DNA of 57,589 bases from Candidatus Bathyarchaeia archaeon (GTDB taxonomy: Archaea > Thermoproteota > Bathyarchaeia > 40CM-2-53-6), in contig JBEKGZ010000001.1 of assembly GCA_050012535.1 (NCBI GenBank), forward strand, positions 1 to 57,589. Direction: 5' to 3'. Made by a program: the position numbers and the translations under genes. Below are positions 37,266-46,692 of the stretch, piece after piece; within the stretch, counting starts at the first letter, position 1; the number at the start of each line of letters is the position of its first letter. The notes under the pieces were generated by a model. It saw nothing but the letters and a program-made list of their open reading frames with translations. It was not told where the DNA came from and did no database searches.

Positions 37266-37531
37266 AGGCAACAGTCACGACCCACTACGCTAACGCCTCG
37301 ACCGCTAGATCAATAGAAGCCGCCCTGAAGGCGGATAACCGGGCGGCACCTAGGCCGCTTCACATCACATCGCGAGTCAAAGGAAAACAAGTCGTCTCAA
37401 CCATTACCGGTGCGCAAGATATCGATTCACTCCTAGGCACCATCGATGACCTGTTGCTCTGCCTAATCGCGGTTAACGGACTCGCATCTACACCCAAATA
37501 CGGAAGGACCAGAGCGCGGACGAAGCACTGA
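37262..37531 (+). CDS. Pcc1-family small protein (possible Pcc2-type KEOPS subunit)
   Basis: 89 aa. The pattern A..I..AL..DN....I....G..V..I......L..T.DDLL..L resembles Pcc1/CTAG. Overlaps the RecJ-like stop by 4 nt. Confidence 0.45.
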   Translation: MKATVTTHYANASTARSIEAALKADNRAAPRPLHITSRVKGKQVVSTITGAQDIDSLLGTIDDLLLCLIAVNGLASTPKYGRTRARTKH

Positions 37532-37556
37532 TCAGACTGCTATGACGCGCCAAAGG

Positions 37557-37563
37557 TTTAATA
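37557..37563 (+). promoter_or_regulatory. Candidate TATA box for rps3ae
   Basis: tttaata lies about 45 nt upstream of TTG 37604. Confidence 0.3.
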
Positions 37564-37603
37564 GCCCTCGGAGGATGCTGCGTTTTCGCTCAGTGATAGA
37601 AGA

Positions 37604-38251
37604 TTGTCAAAGAAGGCAAAGGCAACCAAGAAGGTCAGGGACAAGTGGCGTGCCAAGGAATGGTACGATGTCTACGCACCCGCGTACTTCGGCGAGAAGA
37701 GAGTTGCCTCGATTCCCTGTAACGATCCAACCAAAGTAATTGGCAGAGTGGTAGAGACAACACTCTACGATATCACAAACGATTTCTCCCACCAGTCGCA
37801 GAAACTCTATTTCCTCGCCGCGAATGTGAAGGGCACTCGCGCAGACACCATCCTAAAGGGGCACGAGTACTCGGCAGACTACCTCCGTAGCTTGGTGAGG
37901 CGGGGAAGCACACGCATAGATGCGATCTTCAACGTGACTTCAAAGGATCAGTATGTGACTCGTGCATCGGTAGTCGCTTTCACGAGAGACCGAGTCAATG
38001 CCAATCAGCAGCATCTGATCAGGAGCATGATGAGGAAGACAATAGAGGAGAAAGCAGATACTCTAGGGTACGATCAGCTCTGCCATGAGATGGTTCTCGG
38101 CATATTCGGCTCTGAGATCTATAATCTTGCCAAGAAGGTCTCTCCACTGAGACACGTGGGAGTTAGGAAGTCTAGGCTCCTAATAATTCCTGAAGGCGTG
38201 ATGGCGAAACCCGGCGAGACATCGGTGCAACCCAAGGCTGTAGAAGCCTAG
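37604..38251 (+). CDS. rps3ae: Ribosomal protein eS1 (S3Ae)
   Basis: KKVRDKWRAKEWYDVYAP. 215 aa. TTG start. Confidence 0.85.
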   Translation: MSKKAKATKKVRDKWRAKEWYDVYAPAYFGEKRVASIPCNDPTKVIGRVVETTLYDITNDFSHQSQKLYFLAANVKGTRADTILKGHEYSADYLRSLVRRGSTRIDAIFNVTSKDQYVTRASVVAFTRDRVNANQQHLIRSMMRKTIEEKADTLGYDQLCHEMVLGIFGSEIYNLAKKVSPLRHVGVRKSRLLIIPEGVMAKPGETSVQPKAVEA

Positions 38252-38505
38252 CTGCCAGGTCTACGGTAGAGTTTCTTGATTTCGTCCTGCAGCTCCTGAA
38301 GTTGATGCTGCAGATCGGACCCGGCAGGTTCCTTGCTGGTTCTGTTCCGGATCGTGGAGGTGGTCTTCTCCAATTGAACCATGGCCATCCGAACTTTCTC
38401 CTGGAGTTCTCCGATCGTTTCGGTTTCGTGAAGGTAGCCTGCGAGCACTCCGACTAGTCCCCCCGCCACTATGCCGGTGGCAAATGAAATCACGTCGAAT
38501 GGCAA
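38248..38505 (-). CDS. Small membrane-anchored coiled-coil protein, hypothetical
   Basis: N-terminal TM helix (ISFATGIVAGGLVGVLAGYL) followed by a heptad-like helix. 85 aa. Confidence 0.4.
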   Translation of the reverse strand: MPFDVISFATGIVAGGLVGVLAGYLHETETIGELQEKVRMAMVQLEKTTSTIRNRTSKEPAGSDLQHQLQELQDEIKKLYRRPGS

Positions 38506-38647
38506 TAGCCATCTTTCCCCGGAGGGACTGGTTTTCGACTTGCGACGCTTTTAAGAGCCACGGTCAAACGACCCACACAAATGACATCTATCAGGAACTA
38601 GCTTGGTACTGCCGGGGAAGCCGACCTTGACACATGCAGACAAACGG

Positions 38648-39886
38648 TTGAAGGCGGTGGTCCTTGCAGCAGGGAAAGGGGTGCGTCTATGGCCATTGAC
38701 CGAGAACCGGTCTAAGCACATGATCCCCGTCGCCGGCAAGCCGATAATAGAACACGTGATATCCGCCGTCAGGTCGGCAGGAATACGGTCAATCGTACTG
38801 GTAACTCAATACAGAAGCGAACTCATCAAGAAACACATTGGTGACGGCTCCAAATTCGGTGTCACTGTCGACTACGTGGATCAGCCAGATGTCTCGGGAA
38901 CTGCGAACGCCATCGCTGTGGCGCAAGATCGGGTTGGCAGCAATGACTTCTTGGTGGCGTACGGCGACTTGGTGGTTACTCCACGCGCAATCATACGCGT
39001 TGTTGACACGTATATGAGGAAAGGACGAAAGCCCACGATCGGACTCGTTCCCGTTTCGCACTCCGAGTCTTATGGAATGGCCCGGGTGTCAGGCGATCTG
39101 CTCACCGAGATCGTGGAGAAACCGAGTCAATCACAAAGCCCCAGCAATCTCGCCAACACAGGAATCTACGTTCTAAACCCAACAATGTTCGATCACCTGC
39201 AACCGACACTTCGGTCAGGAAGAGGCGAATTTGAGATCACTGATACCATATCCTCCTTAGCCAAGACTGGAACACCGGTGGCATGGACAAAGATTGACCC
39301 ATCTGACTGGCAAGACATCGGAAAGCCGTGGGATGTTCTTGCTGCAAACGCACGTCTCCTCGCCAGATCAAGGCGAAAGATCGCCGGGAGAATTGAGAAA
39401 TGGACGAGCGTGACAGGTCAAGTTACAATTGAGAAAGGCGCTCTTATCAGAACAGGAACAGTCATCGAAGGACCGGCTTGGATTGGGGAGGGCGCTGTGA
39501 TAGGGCCTCTTGCTCACATTCGTGCTGGCACGTCTGTCGGGAGAAGATCGGCAATTGGCGCCTTCTGTGAGATCAAGAATAGCATCATCATGGGACACAC
39601 GAAGATACCTCATCTTGCCTATGTCGGCGATAGCATCATTGGAGAGAACTGCAACTTGGCAGCGGGCACCATAGTCGCGAACCTCAAGCTGAACGACAGT
39701 GCGGTACGCATGAGGATAAAGGATAGCCTCGTGGACACGGGTCTGCGAAAGCTTGGCATCGTAACGGGTGACAACGTCAAGACCGGCATAAATGCATCAT
39801 TCATGCCGGGTATCCGGATTGCTTCCGGAGCGGTAGTACCCGCCTGTTCCGTCATTTCGAAAGACGTGATGTCGCCACAAGGATAG
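38648..39886 (+). CDS. Bifunctional sugar-1-phosphate nucleotidylyltransferase / acyltransferase (GlmU-like)
   Basis: MKAVVLAAGKGVRLWPLT and a C-terminal left-handed beta-helix hexapeptide repeat. The likely start is TTG 38648; the longest ORF starts at 38603. Confidence 0.75.
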   Translation: MKAVVLAAGKGVRLWPLTENRSKHMIPVAGKPIIEHVISAVRSAGIRSIVLVTQYRSELIKKHIGDGSKFGVTVDYVDQPDVSGTANAIAVAQDRVGSNDFLVAYGDLVVTPRAIIRVVDTYMRKGRKPTIGLVPVSHSESYGMARVSGDLLTEIVEKPSQSQSPSNLANTGIYVLNPTMFDHLQPTLRSGRGEFEITDTISSLAKTGTPVAWTKIDPSDWQDIGKPWDVLAANARLLARSRRKIAGRIEKWTSVTGQVTIEKGALIRTGTVIEGPAWIGEGAVIGPLAHIRAGTSVGRRSAIGAFCEIKNSIIMGHTKIPHLAYVGDSIIGENCNLAAGTIVANLKLNDSAVRMRIKDSLVDTGLRKLGIVTGDNVKTGINASFMPGIRIASGAVVPACSVISKDVMSPQG

Positions 39887-39902
39887 CACACTACGGTTAG
39901 GC

Positions 39903-41111
39903 CTATCCTCGCTTCTTCGCGCTCACAATCGATATTACATCGCGATCTTTTAAGACGTGTTCCTCTCCGATCCTCATTTTCGATCTCACCTCTACACCGT
40001 ATAGGAATCCCTCTCCAAGATCCGAATGGATTGTTCCTGCAAATTGCTTCGCGGTAGTGCCAAAGGGGACAAGGTATGCGTCGGGGAGCACTCGGCCCTT
40101 GTGATCTGTGAGTCTTTCAGGGTCCTCAACTGGGTAGACCGTGATCATTTTCAGCATTTTGAAGAAGGCGTAGTCGATGGCGGCTTGAACCCCGGTAGAT
40201 CCCCATGGTATCAGGATCTTCTCCTTTATCCTATCTAACGCGGCTTGTTGCTCAGCTGAGAGTGCTTGCCCAATCACTTTGAAGTTGCTGTCGCCAGGCT
40301 TGTAGTCTGTCAATCCCTTTTCAGCGGTTCTCCTCAGCGCCAACTCCGCTTCTGCGCAGCACGGGATTACTTGGTAACCCAGCTTTCCCAGGACCTCGGT
40401 GTTCTTTTCTGCGATCGGAATGTCGATCTTGTTGGCAGCGATAAGCATTGGCTTCGTAACTCGTCTTACTTCATGGAGAAACTTCAGCAGTTGGTCGTCG
40501 CTCCATCGACTTGGATGCGCCCCATCCAAACCGAGATCGGTCTGCGCTTTCAGGACATGGGCCCGTCTGACTCCGAGTCCGCTCAGTCTATCTTCTAGGA
40601 CGGAGCCAAAGTCATCCTTGGTCCCTTCGACTCGCTTGACTGTTCTGTCCCAGTCCTTTTTGACGATCTGGAGGAGCCACATATCAAGTTCTTTCTCGAG
40701 GAACTCGACGTCTTCTCGCGGGTCATGGGACCCGATATTGCACGGCTTTCCTTCGATGTCAGTTGCCCCCGCTGCGTCGACGATATGTATGAGCGCGTCA
40801 GCCTGTCTGATTTCGTCTAGGAACTGGTTTCCTAGGCCTCTTCCCTGCCACGCACCTGGGACTAGTCCTGCGCAATCCACAAGCTCGACGGGGATCAGTC
40901 GTGTGCCATCAATACACGCAGAGTTGGTTGGGTTGTCCTGAACGCCAAGCTCTTTGCACACGCAAGGAGTCCTGACGTACGCCATTCCCCTATTCGGCTT
41001 GATGGTGGTGAACGGATAGTTTGCAATTGCTACGTTCACGAGTGTCGCTGCGCTGAAGAACGTGCTCTTGCCAACATTGGGTTTTCCTACCACTCCCACA
41101 GAGAAGCCCAC
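39903..41111 (-). CDS. Obg-family GTPase/ATPase (YchF/DRG-like) with C-terminal TGS domain
   Basis: G1 GKPNVGKST, G3 DCAGLV and G4 NKID. 402 aa. Confidence 0.75.
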   Translation of the reverse strand: MGFSVGVVGKPNVGKSTFFSAATLVNVAIANYPFTTIKPNRGMAYVRTPCVCKELGVQDNPTNSACIDGTRLIPVELVDCAGLVPGAWQGRGLGNQFLDEIRQADALIHIVDAAGATDIEGKPCNIGSHDPREDVEFLEKELDMWLLQIVKKDWDRTVKRVEGTKDDFGSVLEDRLSGLGVRRAHVLKAQTDLGLDGAHPSRWSDDQLLKFLHEVRRVTKPMLIAANKIDIPIAEKNTEVLGKLGYQVIPCCAEAELALRRTAEKGLTDYKPGDSNFKVIGQALSAEQQAALDRIKEKILIPWGSTGVQAAIDYAFFKMLKMITVYPVEDPERLTDHKGRVLPDAYLVPFGTTAKQFAGTIHSDLGEGFLYGVEVRSKMRIGEEHVLKDRDVISIVSAKKRG

Positions 41112-41420
41112 TGTGCATCACATACTCCCCTACAAATGCACTGAATTGCTTATTGATGTCTTTGCTGCAGACCGAGCGGACGCACGCGATACTGAGTAGC
41201 CAGAACTGCGTACTGTATGAAACGGTTCTTCGTAATCGAAGCCGCTTCACCTGATTCTTCCAAGCGAAATCATTGTCTGCCATCACGAGCCTACGACAAG
41301 GCACGATCAACACGATGATACGCGATGAAATTGCAAACGGGACAACCTTTATCGAGCAGTTACCTGTGTGGTGAGAATCCATAACCACAGAAAAGGAAGG
41401 CGAAAAGCCGGCGAGAACGT

Positions 41421-41885
41421 ATGGGAGCGTACAAGTATGTGTCCAAGGCATGGAGGCAGCCAGGCAAGAGCGCGGTTGATCAGTACCTCCGCCAATCAGC
41501 CATCTCTTGGAGAAGGGATAGCGTCATCAAGCGTCTGGAATTCCCGACTCGTCCGGATCGTGCGAGAAGTCTGGGATACCGAAAGAAGCAGGGTTTCGTT
41601 GTGGCACGGGTGCGCATTAGAAAAGGTGGTGCTAGAAAGAAGCGCCCATCATCTGGACGAAGACCAAAAGCACTTGGCGTAACCAAATTCACTAGAGCGA
41701 AGAGCCTCAAACAGATAGCAGAGGAGCGCGTGGCTAAGAAGTTCCCCAATCTATCCGTTCTGAATTCTTACTATGTGTGGGAAGACGGGACCAGCAAATG
41801 GTTCGAGGTTGTTCTCGTGGATCCAAATCATCCTGCTATCAAGAAAGACGACACAATTGTGCACGCCTTAGCGCTGCATGCATGA
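41421..41885 (+). CDS. rpl15e: Ribosomal protein eL15 (L15e)
   Basis: MGAYKYVSKAWRQP...GYRKKQGFVVARVRIRKGG...DPNHPAI. Only 154 aa, a short C-terminus. Confidence 0.85.
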   Translation: MGAYKYVSKAWRQPGKSAVDQYLRQSAISWRRDSVIKRLEFPTRPDRARSLGYRKKQGFVVARVRIRKGGARKKRPSSGRRPKALGVTKFTRAKSLKQIAEERVAKKFPNLSVLNSYYVWEDGTSKWFEVVLVDPNHPAIKKDDTIVHALALHA

Positions 41886-41909
41886 GGCGAGTGAACAAGA
41901 TTGCCGCAA

Positions 41910-42245
41910 ATGCCGCCACCGGTTCCCTTAGTTCCAAGGTTCGTGCATGGAGCACATAAGCTGCGAAAGGCTCGAGGCTTCTCGTTAGGCGAACTCAAGC
42001 AGGCTGGGGTTCTGAAATCGCAAGCTCGCTCAATGGGAATAAGAGTGGATGAGCGCAGGTCTACCGTTCACCCACAGAACGTGACCACGTTGACCACATT
42101 CCTAGCTCCTCCAGCTCAAGTGACTGTCGCGCCTGAGACTGCTGTGGAGGCTCCCGCCGTCGTGCCCGAGGCCAAGAAAAGTCCCGAGCGTACCAAAAGG
42201 AAGGCCGGACGTAGTAAGAAGCCAGTGAAGAAGCGAAGGCATTAG
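41910..42245 (+). CDS. rpl13e: Ribosomal protein eL13 (L13e)
   Basis: KARGFSLGELKQAGV...GIRVDERR matches the eL13 core. Basic C-terminal tail. Confidence 0.6.
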   Translation: MPPPVPLVPRFVHGAHKLRKARGFSLGELKQAGVLKSQARSMGIRVDERRSTVHPQNVTTLTTFLAPPAQVTVAPETAVEAPAVVPEAKKSPERTKRKAGRSKKPVKKRRH

Positions 42246-42300
42246 CGACCCGGAGCCCTTATTTTCCGCTAAGCTGTGAACCTAGCTACTGGTAGCAAGG

Positions 42301-43113
42301 TTGGCTCGCAAGAGCAGGATCGTAATTGTCAAGCTCGGCGGATCTGTAATAACAGACAAGAGGCGGGCATTCAAGGCAGACCTACGTTCAATGCACAGAA
42401 TAGGGAAAGAACTCGCTAGGGTCCCAGACAAACTGATTCTCCTCAATGGAGCGGGCTCGTTTGGCCACATACCAGTCAAGCGGTTTAGACTCGACGAGGG
42501 ATCCAGCAAGAGGAAGGCAAGGAGTTTCGCTAGGACAAAGCTGCAATTGCTCAGACTGCAAGAGATGTTGGTTTCGGTCCTTTGTGGGCATGGAATTCCT
42601 GTCGTGCCCTTCACTCCCTCCAGCTTCATGATAGCACGATCAGGGAGACTGTGCAGAGCCGAGCTTGCCCCGATCCGTAAGTTCTCAGAGCTAGGCCTTG
42701 TTCCGCTGTTTGGTGGAGACTTAGTCCCAGACCTTGAGCAGGGTTGGAGAGTGGTATCGGCGGACCAGATGGCGGCTTGGATCGCCCCTCGGATAGGGGC
42801 GTCAATGATCATTTACGGAACCGATGTGGACGGGCTATACTCTTCGGACCCAAAGATCTGCCAAGACGCTGAGCTGCTACAGACAATTTCTTGCAGGGAA
42901 ATTCGTGAGATCGCAGGGTCGGCTCGGGGGTCAAGAATGCCTGACGTTACTGCAGGCATGCAGGGTAAGCTATTCGAAGCTCAACGCGCGGCCAGAAAGG
43001 GCGTGGAGGTCGTGATGATGAACCTCAGAAAACCTGAGAACCTGCATCCCATCCTGAAAGGCAGACGCGGAAGATGGACCAGAATATCTCCCGAAAGACA
43101 AAGGTCAAAGTAG
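42301..43113 (+). CDS. Isopentenyl phosphate kinase (amino-acid kinase fold)
   Basis: Motifs VKLGGSVITDK and NGAGSFGH. 270 aa. TTG start. Confidence 0.7.
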   Translation: MARKSRIVIVKLGGSVITDKRRAFKADLRSMHRIGKELARVPDKLILLNGAGSFGHIPVKRFRLDEGSSKRKARSFARTKLQLLRLQEMLVSVLCGHGIPVVPFTPSSFMIARSGRLCRAELAPIRKFSELGLVPLFGGDLVPDLEQGWRVVSADQMAAWIAPRIGASMIIYGTDVDGLYSSDPKICQDAELLQTISCREIREIAGSARGSRMPDVTAGMQGKLFEAQRAARKGVEVVMMNLRKPENLHPILKGRRGRWTRISPERQRSK

Positions 43114-43467
43114 GCTAAGGTTCCCCGTCAGTGAGTCAATAATCGCAGATGGAGCCGGACCTATACCCAGGCAAGTCGTTGTTCCGGGCTCAATTTGCGT
43201 CAGACCTCTGTCCGTAATTAGGGCAAAGGGGAGTCGGAGTTCCTTTGATTTCCTTTCCAGTTGGAGTATTTCCTCGAGAGAGTCCACCCTTACTGCAACC
43301 TTGCATTGGCCTTCTTTCAGCCATGCATCCCACCATTCTGCAAACCTTTTGCGAGCGATCTCAGCTGCCGATACAGCCGCATGAGCGACTTGGACAGCAA
43401 CCTTTCCTTTTCCCATGTCCAAGTCTTTTCTGACAGCAATTACCTGCTTGAACTGAAAGTCCTCCAT
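43105..43467 (-). CDS. pth: Peptidyl-tRNA hydrolase, archaeal type (Pth2)
   Basis: KQVIAVRKDLDMGKGKVAVQVAHAAV...TCLGIGP. The likely start is ATG 43467. Confidence 0.85.
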   Translation of the reverse strand: MEDFQFKQVIAVRKDLDMGKGKVAVQVAHAAVSAAEIARKRFAEWWDAWLKEGQCKVAVRVDSLEEILQLERKSKELRLPFALITDRGLTQIEPGTTTCLGIGPAPSAIIDSLTGNLSLL

Positions 43468-43559
43468 ACAAATGACACCCACGAGAGCCTGAAGCCTTGA
43501 ATCCAGCAACTAGTAAAAGGCACCTAGACAAGAGCGTTCCCCATCAGTCGTGTCCCAGT

Positions 43560-44015
43560 ATGCCACCTATGAGCACACCGTTCCTCTCGGCGCACTTGAG
43601 CGTGATTGCCCACGCCACTGAAGACATCCAGAAAGTGGAGCAAGCGACAAGATTCCTTGTTGAATTGATTTCACGGACCCAAGTTAACCTCACCCGTCAG
43701 TACATGAAAGGCCATCATGGAAACATGATCGCCACAATATCAGCGAAGCTGGCGGCAAAAACGCTTCTCCCAAACGTGCTCCAAGTTCTCTCACAGAGGC
43801 TGTCAGAATCGGACAAGCAGTTCCTAGGCAGCGATATCGAGAGGTGCGTCGACAAGGAAGGCAACCTGTATCTGCGGTTCGACAAGCAAGAAGCCTTTCT
43901 GGGAACAGTCAAATCCTACGAAGGGGACCCTATTCGGATGAAACTTAAGTTTGTTTCTGGGTATGATTCTGATAGGATAGTTGATCTGTGTAGGAAGAGC
44001 GGGCTCGTATCATGA
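43560..44015 (+). CDS. Conserved archaeal RNA-binding-like protein (COG1931-type), linked to RNase P genes
   Basis: LSVIAHATEDIQKVEQA with an alternating beta/alpha pattern. Overlaps the Rpp30 start by 4 nt. The start is ATG 43560 or ATG 43569. Confidence 0.5.
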   Translation: MPPMSTPFLSAHLSVIAHATEDIQKVEQATRFLVELISRTQVNLTRQYMKGHHGNMIATISAKLAAKTLLPNVLQVLSQRLSESDKQFLGSDIERCVDKEGNLYLRFDKQEAFLGTVKSYEGDPIRMKLKFVSGYDSDRIVDLCRKSGLVS

Positions 44016-44725
44016 GATTGTACGCCGACCTGCACTTGTGCCCGCAGCTGGATGACACTGCGAACGCTCGTTCGATGGGTGAGGTTCTCAGTCAACTTGG
44101 GACAGCGGTAGTTGGACTCGTAGTCCCTCCTGACCAGCTGGCACCGAAACCACCGGCGATGAATTCGCTCAGGGATGCGGGCATTGACGTTGCCAAACGA
44201 CTGAACTTGAGACCCAGATCTCGCGAGGAACTATTGAGGAGCCTGCGCAGATTCAGAGCCGAATACGAGATAGTTGCTGTAGACTGTGGTAGACAGTCTG
44301 TCTCTCAGGTTGCGGTGCGGGATAGACGAGTCGATATCGTACATTTCCCTAGACAAGGACCGGGCACCTCGTTCCGGAGAAACCTAGCTAGCACTTGCCG
44401 GGCTGCTCTGGAGTTCAACATGTCGGAATTGATTCGAGGACCAGAGTTTAAGGCGAAGCTTGGCAGGCAGAGACGAGAACTTGAGGTTGCGACTGAGGCA
44501 TCTACGCGAGTGATTGGTTGCACGGGCGCCTCCAACCCTCTTGAGCTGAGAGCCCCGAAAGATGTTGCCGCAGTTCTTCACATGCTCGGCCTTTCGTCTC
44601 AAGCCGCACTGGCAGGGGTCTCCGAGATCCCGATAGCGATCGTCAGACAGAACCGCTTGAGAACGGAGCAGCCCCAATTGGAGGAAGGCGTCAGAATCGT
44701 GAGGAGGTCGACATACGAAGAGTAG
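44012..44725 (+). CDS. rnp3: RNase P protein component 3 (Rpp30)
   Basis: MRLYADLHL with a PHP/TIM-like pattern. 237 aa. Followed by Pop5. Confidence 0.75.
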   Translation: MRLYADLHLCPQLDDTANARSMGEVLSQLGTAVVGLVVPPDQLAPKPPAMNSLRDAGIDVAKRLNLRPRSREELLRSLRRFRAEYEIVAVDCGRQSVSQVAVRDRRVDIVHFPRQGPGTSFRRNLASTCRAALEFNMSELIRGPEFKAKLGRQRRELEVATEASTRVIGCTGASNPLELRAPKDVAAVLHMLGLSSQAALAGVSEIPIAIVRQNRLRTEQPQLEEGVRIVRRSTYEE

Positions 44726-45044
44726 GAGAGGGCACCGTTACCTTCTCGTTAGGTTCCTGACGAAGGATCCGGTCTCGGCACTGGCCATCGAGGAAGCGGT
44801 GTTTGGTTCGGTTGAGCAGATGTTCGGCAGGTTTGGAGTCGCGGAGATGAACTTGAGGGTGATTGGATTTGGATCGGTGAGCGACAAGGTAGTGTTACGT
44901 TGCTCGCTCGAGAGTGTGGAGAAACTACGAGCTGCGCTTGCGATGATCTCGTATGCGAATCAACAGCCTGCGACGGCGATGGTGATTAGGTCCTCAGGGA
45001 CGATAAAGGGACTAGGAGTCCAAATGCACCAACGGAAGAGATGA
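44703..45044 (+). CDS. rnp2: RNase P protein component 2 (Pop5); start codon unresolved
   Basis: The open frame reads RRGHRYLLVRFLTKDPVSALAIEEAVFGSVEQMFG...SSGTIKG, which is Pop5-like. The first canonical start (GTG 44799) lies downstream of the conserved RYLLV block. The frame opens at 44703, in +1 relative to Rpp30. Confidence 0.65.
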   Translation, partial: GGRHTKSRRGHRYLLVRFLTKDPVSALAIEEAVFGSVEQMFGRFGVAEMNLRVIGFGSVSDKVVLRCSLESVEKLRAALAMISYANQQPATAMVIRSSGTIKGLGVQMHQRKR

Positions 45045-45179
45045 CCCACCAGCCAGTTGGATGACGATTCAGAGTATGAGATAGGTTATCGCTCGCAGAG
45101 CGAAAGACGCTTCCAGTCATCAGTCCTAGATCAAGGGTATTTGGATTTTGAGCGGAAGACTGGACAGAATGGTTTCAGT

Positions 45180-46376
45180 TCAGGCGATGTCAGTTTCCCA
45201 ATCGCACACTAGGTTCACGAGAGTCTTCTTCACCAATTCGATATCTTTGAGATAGACGAACTCGTCTACACCGTGGAACCGGCAGTCGTCACGAATCGGG
45301 CCAAAACTGATGACTGGAATACCAACTTTGGAGAAGAAGTGGCCGTCGTTGCCGCCCAGCTCCCCTGCGACGGGGATTCTCCGTCCGAAGGCCTGACTTG
45401 CTGCACGAGCGAACCTAGCGACAATAGGATGCTTGGGATCCGTGAAGTAGTTGGATGGTGTCTGTTGCGTGAACTCCAATGTAGCTTTGACTTTTTGTGC
45501 AGACCGGAGCTTCTTGAAGTATCTTTCGAGATCCTTCTTTGCCCTTTCGTAGTTCTCGTCAGGGCACACGCGCATGTCGAATCTCGCTTCACATTCTCCT
45601 GGAATAATGTTCTCCTTTTCGCCTGCCTTGAGCATGGTGAGGGTGAACCTTCCCCAGATCTGCTTGTGGGGAGACCCGGGTGGCGCTAGGATCTTTGATC
45701 TGATTCGCTCTCGGATCTTTGCGTACTTGGAGAGTCTTTCGAGAAACGGGATCGCCTCGTCTATTGCGTTCTTCGCGAGCTGCGGGTAACCCGCGTGGCC
45801 TTGTTTGCCTTTTACGACAATCTTGCCCCATAGTATGCCGCTGGCGCCGATCGAAACAACAGCTGGTGAGGCATCAATCACAATCGCAGCATCACCACGC
45901 ACGTTCGCGTGATTGACTGCATATCCAAGACCCAATTCGCCTCCGACCTCCTCATCAGGACATGCCAGGAGGACAGTATTCGCCCTTGGTGTCCTCTCCT
46001 TCAACTCGCGCAACGCACTCATCGCACAGACAATAGCGCCCTTGTCATCAGCGGCACCTCGTCCGAAGGCTTTGTCTCCTTCGACAACGAGTTTGAACGG
46101 GTCATGTCGCCATCCGGTCCCGGCGGCAACGACATCGTAATGGGTTGCGAGAAGAACCGTTTCCCGTGCGCCGACATCGAGTCGCGCGATCACATTTGGC
46201 CTAGGTTTCTTGTCCTGGGCGACCTCGACTGAGTCATAAACCTCAGTCCTCAGTCCGATCAATTCAGCCTCTTTCCTGATAACGTCCGCACAGGCCACGT
46301 ATCCCGTCTTCAAGTTGGAATCCGTGTCGATTTCAACAAGCCGTGAAAGGAAGTCGATTTCCCTCGAGAGGTCCAA
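45180..46376 (-). CDS. M20-family metallopeptidase (ArgE/DapE-like deacylase)
   Basis: Motifs ATHYDVV, GRGAADDKG and PDEEVGG. 398 aa. Confidence 0.75.
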   Translation of the reverse strand: MDLSREIDFLSRLVEIDTDSNLKTGYVACADVIRKEAELIGLRTEVYDSVEVAQDKKPRPNVIARLDVGARETVLLATHYDVVAAGTGWRHDPFKLVVEGDKAFGRGAADDKGAIVCAMSALRELKERTPRANTVLLACPDEEVGGELGLGYAVNHANVRGDAAIVIDASPAVVSIGASGILWGKIVVKGKQGHAGYPQLAKNAIDEAIPFLERLSKYAKIRERIRSKILAPPGSPHKQIWGRFTLTMLKAGEKENIIPGECEARFDMRVCPDENYERAKKDLERYFKKLRSAQKVKATLEFTQQTPSNYFTDPKHPIVARFARAASQAFGRRIPVAGELGGNDGHFFSKVGIPVISFGPIRDDCRFHGVDEFVYLKDIELVKKTLVNLVCDWETDIA

Positions 46377-46692
46377 GTTACACCACTACTCTATGCTGTA
46401 ACGACCTGCTGAGATGCTTCAATAGACTTAGGCCTTTCCATCAACCATCCCCATATTGCCAGACACTCGCCCGAGCTCTCAGCGGCCTCAACTTGGCACA
46501 GCAGCCAAGGTTGCAGAAAGCAGTAATAGCGACTATTCACCAATAGCGATCGGGGATGACGAGGCCAGTCCCAGACAGATCTTTTTTGCTGAAAGAAATG
46601 ACGAGCTCTGCGACGGGCGGACCCACATAAGCACAGAATCAACTCGGATTCGACAGGGCAGCGATCCTTGGTCACATTGCAGTATCGAGTCT

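Noticed and set aside
41421-41885. eL15 looks C-terminally truncated (154 aa, lacking the RVFRGLTSAG tail), so it could be another split or intron-containing gene
   Set aside because: Two in-frame stops follow immediately (41883 and 41892). No downstream frame encodes the missing tail and no BHB motif was found. It is most simply a naturally short ortholog.
44717-44748. Possible 25-nt BHB intron (GAAG…CUUC central helix) fusing Rpp30 to Pop5
   Set aside because: There is no inner helix, and the predicted splice would delete the conserved RHRYLL block of Pop5.
45065-45128. Candidate C/D box sRNA on the minus strand (C box CUGAUGA at 45117..45123, D box CUGA at 45069..45072, 44-nt spacing)
   Set aside because: The internal D' and C' boxes are not recognisable and there is no terminal stem adjoining the boxes. 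The region also reads as a partial palindrome between convergent genes, so it may be only a terminator-like structure.
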